A stretch of DNA of 64,000 nucleotides from an uncultured virus (IMG/VR IMGVR_UViG_3300009036_000501) (lineage: Duplodnaviria > Heunggongvirae > Uroviricota > Caudoviricetes): IMG/VR virus record IMGVR_UViG_3300009036_000501; one strand, given 5' to 3'. The position numbers were made by a program, and so were the translations under genes. Under the pieces are notes generated by a model, which saw only the letters and a program-made list of their open reading frames with translations, was not told where the DNA came from and did not search any database. Shown here one piece after another: positions 1 to 9,761 of the stretch (positions within the stretch are counted from its first letter, which is position 1; each line of letters opens with the position of its first letter).

Positions 1-13
1 TGAGAAACTAGGC

Positions 14-1654
14 ATGTTCGCACAAATGAAACGATATATAGGGCAACTGAACGAACGTGTCCCTGAGCTTATTGAGAAAGCAAAAGATTTATCAAAAGTT
101 ATGCTAGAACATTCGCGGCAAGCATTCGGAAAACTCCGTGTGAGTATCAATGAGTGGGGCCAGACGTCTCTGGGTGAGTACCGTTCCGTCAGGAAAGCTT
201 TTGGCTCATTAAATGAACTTGAAGATCTAATCTCTTCCAACGAAAAAGGCATAGAATCCTTCACACGAGAGAAAGACGCAGCCAACGCAGAGATATATAA
301 ACTTCAACTTGACAAATCTCGACTATTATCTTCGCGGTTTTCAGTACACAAACTGTGGGGACCAATAGAGAAGAGAATAGAGAACCTTGATGCAAAAATA
401 GCAGCTGTGACCTCTAAAGTGCAAGAGAGAGAAAATGCCCTAAATAACGTATTGGCCCAAAGCAAAAATGTGTTTAAGTCGAGTGTGGACCGCCTAATAC
501 ATGATACACTTGATGTTCGTAACAAGACAATAGGAAATACAACAATCGAGGTCAATTCGACAGATGACAGTGTGTATGCCGCTCTTATATCAAAAGGTGA
601 AGTTATAGAGTATGTTTCTCTTAACAGATCAGGTGAATTGACTATTGATCAAATAGAGAATCTCAAACACTTCAATAAAGCTGTACGCACCCTAAGTCCA
701 CAGTCCATAACACTGGATACTGTACAAACGGAAGATAAGGAGAATGAAACTTCGCAATATCTCAATGATCAAAGGAATATGTACAGGGATGCTATTGGTA
801 TAAAATTGGCCAATATTCAAAAACTGCCTGCAGAGGTAGGACGAAATAGTTTGAATGTACATGCGGTGGAATTGATGGGGGCTCTTCGTGACCACAGTGA
901 TTTCACTAACATGGGAGCAGATGTAGAATATAGAGATGGCCAGTTAAGAGTGACTTTTGTGAATTCACAATCCTCAAATAACGAGTCACAGTATACACTG
1001 GATATACCACCATCCGTCGGTGATGGGCTGATGGTAGAAATAGGCAAACTGGCTAACACGAATGATATAGTCTACACTCAGGATGCATCAGAGGATTTCG
1101 CAATAACCTCTGAAATGCACATGGATCAGTATAAAAAGATGGCCAGTCAAATACAAAGACAAGCAACTAGGAATAAATTGGATGGAACCGAGGTCAAGAA
1201 GCAGATGGAGGCACTGAACACATCCACAATGCAAAGACTGTCTGTAATGAACCAATCAAAATTAGGCGACAAAACATTATTCGTTACTGCCTATGCCGGA
1301 GGCATCAAGATGTTGCTTCAAGACTCCGCAGGGAAACAACAAGTGGTGTTAGTACCTGTAGGGTTGGATGGCAAGTTGCAATTTACAAACTTGGAACAAC
1401 TAAGTCGTGAATTGAAACAAGCAGCGGATGTGCAGAGACAAGAGCCGAAAGATGTGGAAAGGGAGATAATTACTCCACACGAAACAACAAACGAGCAAAC
1501 AGTCGAAGTGGAAAGACAAAGTGTAGAAGAGTTGCCACAGTCTAGGGAACAAGAGCCTGCGGCAGAAGAAAGGGATATATTTGCAGCGATAAGACAAGTA
1601 CGTAGTGATGTGGCCACGCGTGTTGAGGAAAGAGAACATGAAAAGATACGGTAA
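14..1654 (+). CDS. Coiled-coil protein, probably the C-terminal part of a larger protein cut by the window edge
   Basis: Frame is open back to base 2 and no RBS precedes ATG 14; coiled-coil composition; E/R-rich tail; directly upstream of the coupling protein. Confidence 0.55.
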   Translation: MFAQMKRYIGQLNERVPELIEKAKDLSKVMLEHSRQAFGKLRVSINEWGQTSLGEYRSVRKAFGSLNELEDLISSNEKGIESFTREKDAANAEIYKLQLDKSRLLSSRFSVHKLWGPIEKRIENLDAKIAAVTSKVQERENALNNVLAQSKNVFKSSVDRLIHDTLDVRNKTIGNTTIEVNSTDDSVYAALISKGEVIEYVSLNRSGELTIDQIENLKHFNKAVRTLSPQSITLDTVQTEDKENETSQYLNDQRNMYRDAIGIKLANIQKLPAEVGRNSLNVHAVELMGALRDHSDFTNMGADVEYRDGQLRVTFVNSQSSNNESQYTLDIPPSVGDGLMVEIGKLANTNDIVYTQDASEDFAITSEMHMDQYKKMASQIQRQATRNKLDGTEVKKQMEALNTSTMQRLSVMNQSKLGDKTLFVTAYAGGIKMLLQDSAGKQQVVLVPVGLDGKLQFTNLEQLSRELKQAADVQRQEPKDVEREIITPHETTNEQTVEVERQSVEELPQSREQEPAAEERDIFAAIRQVRSDVATRVEEREHEKIR

Positions 1655-1661
1655 TACAACA

Positions 1662-1690
1662 AAGGGGGCTTCCAATATGGAAGTCCCCTT
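1662..1690 (+). terminator. Intrinsic terminator-like hairpin
   Basis: AAGGGGGCTTCCA-ata-TGGAAGTCCCCTT after the stop codon. Confidence 0.6.
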
Positions 1691-1751
1691 AAATGATTGA
1701 CACTACTGTTAGTATGTGATTTAATATACATACAAAACATGAAAGAAAGGC

Positions 1752-3737
1752 GTGAACACACATATTATGAAGAATATTATTGCATATAGCAGTTTAGGGA
1801 TATATTTCCTGTTCTGTATGCTTGCAGTAGTATCTCAGATGCCTGGACTGATTATGCATCCAATAGAGTACTATGATAACTTCCAAGTACTACATCCTCA
1901 GTGGATCGGTCTATTATTTTTAGGTGCTGTGATAGTATTGCGGAAGAAATACAGCAACTTACGGTCGGGAAAATTCCAGTCTATGTTTATACTGTCGATA
2001 TGCTTAGGCTTTGTGGCATATGGATCGCAGTTACTACATATGGGAGTGCTACAATTCACCAAAGACTCTCCTACAGAGGGGCTACTGCCAACTTTAGTAA
2101 CGTTCCTATTTCACCATGCAGGGTTCATAGTTTCTCTCTTAATATCCTATTTCATTTTCTACTACAAATTTGGAACAACTACAGAAGAAATGGGAGATCA
2201 ATCACATGTTAGTGCGTCAAAGAACAACGGTAAGTTTGTAGAGATGGATCTAAAAAAAGATTTCGACATAGATCGTGCCCCTAAAAAGAATCCTGGTGAT
2301 ATACTCTTATGTTGGGACAAACTGACCGGAAAAAGTATTGTAATTCCAGAAAAAGACAGAAGTTTGCACTTATTCTGTGCAGGTCCGACAGGTTCTGGTA
2401 AATCTAGTACATTGGTGCTACCAATGATATATCAGGACTTAAAAGTTCCTAACAGTGGCATTGGGCTGATTGAGCCAAAAGGCGATATAGCAGAAAAAGC
2501 GTATAGGATGGCACTGTTAGCAGGACGTAAGGATGCCGTATTGTTTGACCCGACTAGGAGTGATACCACTGTATTTTTCAACCCTTTGGACCCCATGTTG
2601 GGGACAGATCAAGATGTAATTAACTTGATGACAACGGTTTATGATGGTATGGCCGGAGGAGCTGGGACGGATCAGTTTTTCCACAAGAACAGTATGATGG
2701 TCTTGCGGAAATCTCTTGATTTGTTGCTTCGTGTGAAGCGTTTGGCTGGCGGGATTCTCACTTTACGTGAACTTGGGTCATTTCTAACAGGGAAGACTGC
2801 GATGGCGAATTATTGTAAGCAGTTGGCAGCCTTTAGACGGTCAGAAGATGAACCCATCCTCACATGGTTCTTTGAAGAACTCTTGGCTGATACCAAGAAT
2901 GCTCAAAACAATCAAGGGTATTACATCGGCTTAAGACAAGAGATAGAGTTGCTTGGCGAACTCCCTTGGTTAAACGGAGACCCTAAAACAGGGAAATCAC
3001 AACTAAACTTCGATGTGTTGCTTGAAAATGGTGGAATATTTTTCGCAAGTACAGGTTTTGGTGCCTTAGGTACAATGGGTAACTATCTCGGTCAATTCTT
3101 AATCATGGCCTTCCAAAATGCTGTATTTCGCAGACCAGGATATGAAAACACCAGAAAATCCTTCTACATGTATATAGATGAATTTTCGCTTTATGCAAAT
3201 GACAATTTCGAGAGATGGTTGGCGTTGGCTCGTTCATACAAATGTCCGGCCCACTTGTTTACTCAAGGTACATCTCAACTGGAGAAAGTTAGCCCCGAGT
3301 TTAAGAAGAGTGCCTTGAACAACTGTCGTCATAAAGTAATATTCGCACCTGAGGAAGAAGAAGAAGCTAGATACTGGTCGGAATATTTTGGTGAGACGTA
3401 TCGCGAAAAAGTGAGCAGAAGTTCCAACACCGGCTCATCCCGTCAATGGAAGTTCATAGACTTCATCAAAACCCCTGACAGCACTAATGCATCCGAGGGA
3501 GAGAGCATAAGCGAAGAATTGGTGAAGAACTACACAGCAACCGATGTTATGAACTTACCATTCAAAAACGTCGTGTACAAGACTGTAAAAGACGGAACAA
3601 ACCAAGTGGCTAGATATGGAGTGACGGATTGGATACCTAAAAAGGTAAATGATGCTGCTGATGCTCTAGATATATCGCAATTCATTAAAAAGCCATCTCC
3701 GTTAGAAGATGCAGGGGAAGATGTCGAGTTTGGATAA
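1752..3737 (+). CDS. virD4: Type IV coupling protein (VirD4/TraG-like)
   Basis: N-terminal TM helices, Walker A GPTGSGKS, EPKGD, FNPL, Walker B YIDEF, ARSY...TQ motif. Confidence 0.85.
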   Translation: MNTHIMKNIIAYSSLGIYFLFCMLAVVSQMPGLIMHPIEYYDNFQVLHPQWIGLLFLGAVIVLRKKYSNLRSGKFQSMFILSICLGFVAYGSQLLHMGVLQFTKDSPTEGLLPTLVTFLFHHAGFIVSLLISYFIFYYKFGTTTEEMGDQSHVSASKNNGKFVEMDLKKDFDIDRAPKKNPGDILLCWDKLTGKSIVIPEKDRSLHLFCAGPTGSGKSSTLVLPMIYQDLKVPNSGIGLIEPKGDIAEKAYRMALLAGRKDAVLFDPTRSDTTVFFNPLDPMLGTDQDVINLMTTVYDGMAGGAGTDQFFHKNSMMVLRKSLDLLLRVKRLAGGILTLRELGSFLTGKTAMANYCKQLAAFRRSEDEPILTWFFEELLADTKNAQNNQGYYIGLRQEIELLGELPWLNGDPKTGKSQLNFDVLLENGGIFFASTGFGALGTMGNYLGQFLIMAFQNAVFRRPGYENTRKSFYMYIDEFSLYANDNFERWLALARSYKCPAHLFTQGTSQLEKVSPEFKKSALNNCRHKVIFAPEEEEEARYWSEYFGETYREKVSRSSNTGSSRQWKFIDFIKTPDSTNASEGESISEELVKNYTATDVMNLPFKNVVYKTVKDGTNQVARYGVTDWIPKKVNDAADALDISQFIKKPSPLEDAGEDVEFG

Positions 3738-3740
3738 ATA

Positions 3741-3770
3741 AAAGGGGTGGCTCTAAGCCACCCCTTTTTT
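3741..3770. terminator. Bidirectional terminator
   Basis: AAAGGGGTGGCT-cta-AGCCACCCCTTTTTT between convergent genes. Confidence 0.8.
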
Positions 3771-4426
3771 CATGCTATGAGAGAATATACCCAAAAGAAG
3801 ACTACAAGACCAAAGTAGATTGATGGGCCGAGAGGATACATTTTGTTTTTACGAATGATTTTGTGGAATCCGTAGTAGATCAGGGCTCCAATGGAAAAGG
3901 CTAAGAGGACAAGGAATACGAACATGCCAAGTGATAAAGCGATGGTGGTCAAAAGCATGACATCGCCGCCACCGATAGCTGATCCAGCAGTCTTCTTATT
4001 GAGAAGATAATATATGATAAACAAGACAAGGGGCAACAAGAGGAAGTTCGCCGCATACTCTAGTAAAGACATGTTTCCTTGAATACTTGCATCGATTGCC
4101 CGCAACACTACACAAATCAGTGCTAGTGGAAAAGTTATTTTATGCGGAATTAACTGAACGTAAAGGTCAGTAGCTATGGCTACCGAGGACCCCCACAATA
4201 AAAGGGTGTATAGAAGAACCAACGTGAAAGACATCTCACCTGCCAAATAAGGTGTACTTATAAAAACTGAACCTACCCCGAAACCCGCCATAGCAAAGGC
4301 TAAGCAAGCAAACTTGTTATCTATGTATATCATGCCTGTGTGGCTTTTCTTTGTCAATGACCAACGAAATGCTATTGGGATGCTGAGAAATAAAACGACC
4401 AGTATACCCAAGTATGTAAAATCCAT
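3770..4426 (-). CDS. Prepilin peptidase (A24 family)
   Basis: Polytopic membrane protein with TDL...IP, GGGDVML and PLGP motifs; start placed at the ATG after GAGG. Confidence 0.8.
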   Translation of the reverse strand: MDFTYLGILVVLFLSIPIAFRWSLTKKSHTGMIYIDNKFACLAFAMAGFGVGSVFISTPYLAGEMSFTLVLLYTLLLWGSSVAIATDLYVQLIPHKITFPLALICVVLRAIDASIQGNMSLLEYAANFLLLPLVLFIIYYLLNKKTAGSAIGGGDVMLLTTIALSLGMFVFLVLLAFSIGALIYYGFHKIIRKNKMYPLGPSIYFGLVVFFWVYSLIA

Positions 4427-4507
4427 AACCCTCAACCTCCTTTGTGTCAATATTATCTATGTGTAATCATATCACACCGACACGTATCGTGTCAAGCATA
4501 TATAAGC

Positions 4508-4539
4508 TGAAGGCCACCTTTTGGACAAGGTGGCCTTCA
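4508..4539. terminator. Terminator-like hairpin
   Basis: TGAAGGCCACCTT-ttggac-AAGGTGGCCTTCA, 13-bp perfect stem. Confidence 0.65.
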
Positions 4540-4544
4540 ATTCG

Positions 4545-4628
4545 TTAGCGCTTCTTTTTGCTTTTCCATTCTAGCAAAATCACCATACCTAGATACATTA
4601 CACATAATACAAAGATATTAGACAACAT
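4545..4628 (-). CDS. 27-aa hydrophobic peptide with basic tail (MLSNIFVLCVMYLGMVILLEWKSKKKR)
   Basis: Hand-translated; GAGGAG RBS, own TTGTAC-18-TATAAT promoter, hairpin immediately downstream. Confidence 0.55.
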   Translation of the reverse strand: MLSNIFVLCVMYLGMVILLEWKSKKKR

Positions 4629-4701
4629 GCTTATACACGCTCCTCAACACAAATTCTCTTGTGTCAATTATACCTTATGCGATGTATTTTGTACAATAAT
4701 T

Positions 4702-4869
4702 TTAGTTCAAGTGTCTTTTCATATCTGCTAGGAAGCTATATCCAAACTTCACTACGATATAACATAGAATGGCTGCAAAGATAAATAGAAGAACGCTAAC
4801 TAATATGGGCCGTCCCCCATTATCTCGTCTGTCTCTTCTTCTATCATACCTATTGTCGTATCTATTCAT
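4702..4869 (-). CDS. 55-aa single-TM protein (MNRYDNRYDRRRDRRDNGGRPILVSVLLFIFAAILCYIVVKFG...)
   Basis: Hand-translated; AGGAGGT RBS just downstream of the 4884-5873 gene. Confidence 0.65.
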   Translation of the reverse strand: MNRYDNRYDRRRDRRDNGGRPILVSVLLFIFAAILCYIVVKFGYSFLADMKRHLN

Positions 4870-4883
4870 GGTTACACCTCCTA

Positions 4884-5873
4884 TTATAGTACCAACATAC
4901 CATTAACGACTTCCATGTCAGAACGCACAGAGCGAAGGAGATCTCGCCTTCCCTCCTCAAACACTTCATGCCCTAAAAATTTGTCCGGTTGAAATCCACG
5001 AGAACTAAACACAGCCAACTCGTACAGATCGTGTTTTTGTCTTCCATTAGTGAGATTACATCTCCATATGTTTGCATAAGGCCCCTGTTGTTCTATTTCC
5101 TTCATAGTCGTGACCAGGACCCGCATTTTACTGTCTGTATTTTTTAGATAGGAGTTGGCAGTGTTTATGATATTTTGAACTCGTGTTTGGTTCATTAATG
5201 TGACGAACATAATTATTTGCTGATCCGGATTATACCCGTGCAAATGGAAATATGTGTAGTAATGCCGTATTTTTTCATTTATTACCATTTGCGACTGCTT
5301 ACCGCTATCTAATTCGAGATTGAACGATGATTCACCACCATTATGTACATAATACCCAAGTGCATCTGGGATGATCTTGGGTTGTCCGTCATCATATGGA
5401 TACAAAGACTCACACTCAACAGGACCTCTCCACAACAGCAGTCCACTGTCTGGAGCCTTATCATTATGTACAAAAGACATCATCGTCTCTGTTACTGCAC
5501 TGTTGTGTGCTGCCAATACCATCATCCCGGCAGGCGTCCTATTCAAACTTTTTGGAACAGAAGAGTCGATCCGATGTAGGATGTCCGCCCCTTGTTGTGT
5601 CAAAAAATAATAATACGACCGGTTAAACTGCACGCACCCAATATATTTCAACTCTTTCAAAGCAGAGAGATACCATCTGACATTCCTAGCGTTTTGATAG
5701 CATAGTAGCATCCGTACGTCGTTTATCCGCAAGAAGTCATACCTGTATATAACTCGTAAGAAAGGTTCAAAATGAGGATTATATAGGTTATCTGGATCTT
5801 TAGGGAACCGTGGGTTCCACTTATTTTTCGTGATAAGCTTTTCAATAGAATCACGTGACATTACTCGTGCCAT
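4884..5873 (-). CDS. Replication-relaxation (Replic_Relax/MOBC-like) protein
   Basis: N-terminal wHTH (YFLTQQGA), H...V motif, PDA...LELDSG...EKIRHY PD-(D/E)XK-like core. Confidence 0.7.
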   Translation of the reverse strand: MARVMSRDSIEKLITKNKWNPRFPKDPDNLYNPHFEPFLRVIYRYDFLRINDVRMLLCYQNARNVRWYLSALKELKYIGCVQFNRSYYYFLTQQGADILHRIDSSVPKSLNRTPAGMMVLAAHNSAVTETMMSFVHNDKAPDSGLLLWRGPVECESLYPYDDGQPKIIPDALGYYVHNGGESSFNLELDSGKQSQMVINEKIRHYYTYFHLHGYNPDQQIIMFVTLMNQTRVQNIINTANSYLKNTDSKMRVLVTTMKEIEQQGPYANIWRCNLTNGRQKHDLYELAVFSSRGFQPDKFLGHEVFEEGRRDLLRSVRSDMEVVNGMLVL

Positions 5874-6072
5874 TCACATCACTCTCCACATATATTTCAG
5901 TAACATCCCACACTTAATCGCGTCTTAAGGCAGAATACATCACTTAATATAATTATAACATGTACATCCAGACATGTCAATAGGTATGGGCATGGCAAGC
6001 ATACTTGCATCCTTCGATTCCTTATGTTATAATGAGTGTAGAAATTGAAATAATGTGGAGGAGTGTGTGGTA

Positions 6073-6339
6073 ATGTGGTTTGTACAGATTGTATGTGTCA
6101 TCAACATTGTGACCGTTATTACCTATATGTTGGATAATGCGGCCATCTCGCGGAATGGGTACAGAGTACCTAACAGTTTTCTTTGGTTGTTGAATGTATG
6201 TTTTGGGTCTTTTGCAGCATTCGTTATGATGATAGCGACAGGGAATAAAAGTAAAAACCCAGATTTTCGGTATGGTGTACCTTTGTTGGTCTTAGTACAT
6301 TTGCTTGTAGGTGCATGGATCATCATGGTGATCACATAA
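6073..6339 (+). CDS. DUF1294-like small membrane protein
   Basis: D...A...YRVP..L..L...GS.A...M....K pattern; GGAGGAG RBS. Confidence 0.65.
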   Translation: MWFVQIVCVINIVTVITYMLDNAAISRNGYRVPNSFLWLLNVCFGSFAAFVMMIATGNKSKNPDFRYGVPLLVLVHLLVGAWIIMVIT

Positions 6340-6344
6340 GAAAG

Positions 6345-6373
6345 AAGACACTGTGCTTATTGCACAGTGTCTT
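6345..6373. terminator. Bidirectional terminator overlapping the primase stop codon
   Basis: AAGACACTGTGC-ttatt-GCACAGTGTCTT. Confidence 0.7.
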
Positions 6374-7619
6374 TTATTTTCTTGTCCGCAGACTTTATGA
6401 CACTTGTGAGATAGTAATTTCTGTTACTGTATCTCTCTCGGTATTTTTCACCAACGTTGTATTTCTCATTTTCATACAACTCACGAATTGCCAAAGGTGT
6501 GTACCCCATTTGGCGCAACTCGGCAATAACCATATAGTCCAAATCCGAGCGTCCTCCTCGAAAAGTCCCTACTGTTATCTTAGTTCTCAGCGATGATGGC
6601 AATTCCTCCACCGCTATATGATCTCTGTTCAACAATTTTTCTCTCAATCCATACATGTGTTTCACGACTTTTAATATATCTGGATCTTTGAATGGGAAAG
6701 TAGTAAAATTGGTCTCGGTGTCATCCCAGTAGATTGTTACTGCATTTCCTTCCAGATCAAAGTCACACTCGACATTCCCATCTATGACAAAGTCTACCAC
6801 GCCATTTTTCAGGTTATGTGTTATTATGTCAGCGTATATATCTGAGATCTCGAAAAAGCTTTGCGCTCGTTTTATGTGTGGATGAATTCGGTCATTGGCC
6901 TTCTGTACCAAGGACTTATGTTCTTCGACATCTTCCACTAATAACTTTTTGAATACTCTGTCCATATCACTTTCGGTGTTTAGCTCATCAGGGTCTAAAT
7001 CCACTTTGTAGGGTTCAAATGTCTTCACATCATATATTATGCTAGGATCAAAGTGTAGAATCTTCACTTCTTTCAGATTGTTTTTGTCCTTCATGTTGTA
7101 TGTGAAGGGTATACGTAGGACTCTATCCAAGTTGAAAGTGTGGTCTCCATTTACCTTCTGGCTTAGTCCTTTTAGTATTCCTTTAATGTATGCTTTGTCA
7201 TTGATACCAGATACTCGGAAAATGCTGTCCAACTTCCAGTAACAATGGTATCCATTACCAGACATTATAACGAGTGAAGGTTTAATATCAGAAGACATTA
7301 TCATATCGAGTTGTTCTTCCAATGTAATGTCCAACATTTTTCCATCGATGTCTACCCATAAGTGTGGTACATCGACAATAAGATCCTCTCTCGCGTGTTT
7401 TTCTACCGACTCCACACGTGGGCACACGCCAAAATAGCAGTTCTCATATTCCCTGAATACTTCTACTCTCTTAGTTGCCGACTTCAGCCAACCATCTGAC
7501 CCCAGCATAAATGATTTTACACCAGGTATCCGATTCGAACCCATGAGCATAATTTCCGCATGCCCTGTTGCACCCTGAAACATGTACTCAAGGAATTCTT
7601 TTACATTTGTAATCTCCAT
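6357..7619 (-). CDS. RepB'-family (archaeo-eukaryotic type) DNA primase
   Basis: YFGV..R, WVDID, SGNGYHCYW, RVLRIP.TYN.K motifs; C-terminal RSDLDY helical domain. Confidence 0.75.
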   Translation of the reverse strand: MEITNVKEFLEYMFQGATGHAEIMLMGSNRIPGVKSFMLGSDGWLKSATKRVEVFREYENCYFGVCPRVESVEKHAREDLIVDVPHLWVDIDGKMLDITLEEQLDMIMSSDIKPSLVIMSGNGYHCYWKLDSIFRVSGINDKAYIKGILKGLSQKVNGDHTFNLDRVLRIPFTYNMKDKNNLKEVKILHFDPSIIYDVKTFEPYKVDLDPDELNTESDMDRVFKKLLVEDVEEHKSLVQKANDRIHPHIKRAQSFFEISDIYADIITHNLKNGVVDFVIDGNVECDFDLEGNAVTIYWDDTETNFTTFPFKDPDILKVVKHMYGLREKLLNRDHIAVEELPSSLRTKITVGTFRGGRSDLDYMVIAELRQMGYTPLAIRELYENEKYNVGEKYRERYSNRNYYLTSVIKSADKKIKDTVQ

Positions 7620-7696
7620 ACTAAAAAATCACCGCCACTTCATGTATTTTAGTGTATATACTCCCCTTGAATATGAGCAAGGAGAAAGACTCCCAG

Positions 7697-8347
7697 CTAG
7701 GAGTCCTTTTTGTTTGTGAGTATGTCAACTAATTGTGGTACATTAGTAGTAATGATTTTCCCATACTCATCTAGATAGCTCCTAGTCAGATCATATGTTT
7801 TTACAGCATACTCAGAGAACAAGCTGTAAAGGTCTTCGCATACCTCTACATCTAGAGAGTCTTGACCATCCAAAGCGATCACTAATTTACCCTTAAAAGA
7901 ATAAAGTGCATGGGCCGATAAGTCAAAAGCGCCATAATTGAGTTGCAAATTTATTACATGCTCTATATCAGGAACCATGAATGCAGGAGATCCGTTTACT
8001 CTTGTTTGATTCCTTTTGGAAGGAGCCGAAGCATACATTTCTTCAGATTCCTCTTCCATCTCATCGTCATCCTCTTTGTCAGGGAATATTTCAGAGTCTG
8101 TAGGAACCACATTAATCACTAATACAATATCCACATCGTTTTGGCGATAAATCATTGTACCGATGTCATATACGGATGTGTCTAGATTATATTCAGCGCA
8201 AAGCTTAGTGATAGTTTCTCTCACTAGCAGATCAATTGTGGTGGAGCTTTCTAAAGCGGAATTTATATCTTTGCCGATAAGGCTAGTCATTTCGTCATTT
8301 CCTAAAACACAAACAAATTCTGACTCACTTCTTCTCTCAAATTTCAT
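7697..8347 (-). CDS. mecA: MecA-like ClpC adaptor protein
   Basis: MKFER N-terminus, acidic linker, C-terminal DIEHVI / LYSFKG / SEYA / YLDEYGKII. Confidence 0.7.
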   Translation of the reverse strand: MKFERRSESEFVCVLGNDEMTSLIGKDINSALESSTTIDLLVRETITKLCAEYNLDTSVYDIGTMIYRQNDVDIVLVINVVPTDSEIFPDKEDDDEMEEESEEMYASAPSKRNQTRVNGSPAFMVPDIEHVINLQLNYGAFDLSAHALYSFKGKLVIALDGQDSLDVEVCEDLYSLFSEYAVKTYDLTRSYLDEYGKIITTNVPQLVDILTNKKDS

Positions 8348-8441
8348 TATAGCACCACCTTGGGGGATATCGATCTAATTAACCCCATTTTACTATACAT
8401 ACGACTCCTAGGTCAATACATTGCGCAAGAGTGATGTATAC

Positions 8442-8471
8442 TTGACATGTTCTCTGGGTATGTGATATAAT
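8442..8471 (+). promoter_or_regulatory. sigma-A promoter of parM
   Basis: TTGACA-18-TATAAT with extended -10 TG. Confidence 0.75.
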
Positions 8472-8512
8472 GCATCTAGATTACATGGTCAATTACATAA
8501 GGAGGCTAATCC

Positions 8513-9577
8513 ATGTCATTTAAAATTTCTGTTGACGCAGGGTACGGATATACAAAGGTATTGTCGAGTTCAGGTTTTCAGTCTGTATTTCCGAGTTTGG
8601 TTGGATATGGTAGAGACAGGCTGAATCTTTTCGATGACAAGAGTTCAGACCTAAATTTGGAAAACATCCAAGTCATGATCAAAGAGCAAGGTGCCGAAGA
8701 TATATTCGATTACTTTGTAGGAGAGTTGGCAAAACGCGAAAGTGAGAACGCCACTCACATTATGGGGACGGATCGAGTGTCTGATCACCGTGCAAAAGCG
8801 CTCATATTAACCGCTTGTGCAGTGGCTATGAAAGATTACAGCGGGCCTATTGGGGAGCTATCCGTGGGATTACCGCTGCAATACTACAACAAACATCAAG
8901 AATCTATGATGGAGTCATTACTTGCTACAGATGCAACACTGGAATTCACTTCCGGGGGTATCGCTAACAAACGAATCCGGTTTAATAGGGTCAATGTTTA
9001 CCCACAAGCGGCAGGTGCACTATGGGCACAGCTGTTCAATGAAAAAGGTGAAATGCGGAACCCTCAGCTATCTGGACTGGTCGGATTAATTGATATTGGA
9101 TTCAAAACTACTGACTTCATTGTTATCGACTTAGGCGACAATATGGTTCTACGTTCCGAGTTGTCAGGAACCATCGAGCAAGGTATGCGCCAAGTGTTTG
9201 ATAATACACAACGCTACTTTGAAGTCCAGGTAGGTAGTTCTGTAGACCCGAATGAGTTTGAGAAGTCCTTAATGAAAAATGATTTTAAATTTCACTACAG
9301 CCAAAACGTCAAAGGACAACGAATCAAAAAAGAATACGACCTGAGAGCGATCTTTGACAAATACAAGCAAGAGTTGGCAACCACTATCAAAGAGCGGGTT
9401 CGTCAGAAATGGGGTTCTCGTATGAACTTCTTTGACGTCGTATTCTTAGCGGGTGGAGGAGCCATCGCATTAAATAAGCACTTCTCTAACTTCGAAATCG
9501 AAAGTCAGCTCTGTAATAGTCCCCAAATGGCGAATGCCCGAGGGTATATGCTGATGTCAAATATGGAAGAAGAGTAA
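8513..9577 (+). CDS. parM: ParM/StbA actin-like partition ATPase
   Basis: VDAGYGYTK, GLP, PQAAGA, IDIGFKTTD, GGGA, NARG actin-fold motifs. Confidence 0.9.
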   Translation: MSFKISVDAGYGYTKVLSSSGFQSVFPSLVGYGRDRLNLFDDKSSDLNLENIQVMIKEQGAEDIFDYFVGELAKRESENATHIMGTDRVSDHRAKALILTACAVAMKDYSGPIGELSVGLPLQYYNKHQESMMESLLATDATLEFTSGGIANKRIRFNRVNVYPQAAGALWAQLFNEKGEMRNPQLSGLVGLIDIGFKTTDFIVIDLGDNMVLRSELSGTIEQGMRQVFDNTQRYFEVQVGSSVDPNEFEKSLMKNDFKFHYSQNVKGQRIKKEYDLRAIFDKYKQELATTIKERVRQKWGSRMNFFDVVFLAGGGAIALNKHFSNFEIESQLCNSPQMANARGYMLMSNMEEE

Positions 9578-9761
9578 ATCAATGCAAGTATGGGGAACAC
9601 ATATGTGTTCCCCCTTAGCATGTGTATGTGTTTGGCCGGACAAGCCTTTCCATTCTTTCCACCCGTATGGTAACACTGGAAAACCTTGACAAGAGGATGT
9701 ATGATGTGGTATAATTGAGTTACATTAGTGTAAAATTAAAACTATATAAGGAGTGTGCCCC

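Noticed and set aside
9593..9612. LexA (Cheo) box in GAACACATATGTGTTC
   Set aside because: GAAC-GTTC spacing is 8 rather than 4; better explained as the parM terminator hairpin
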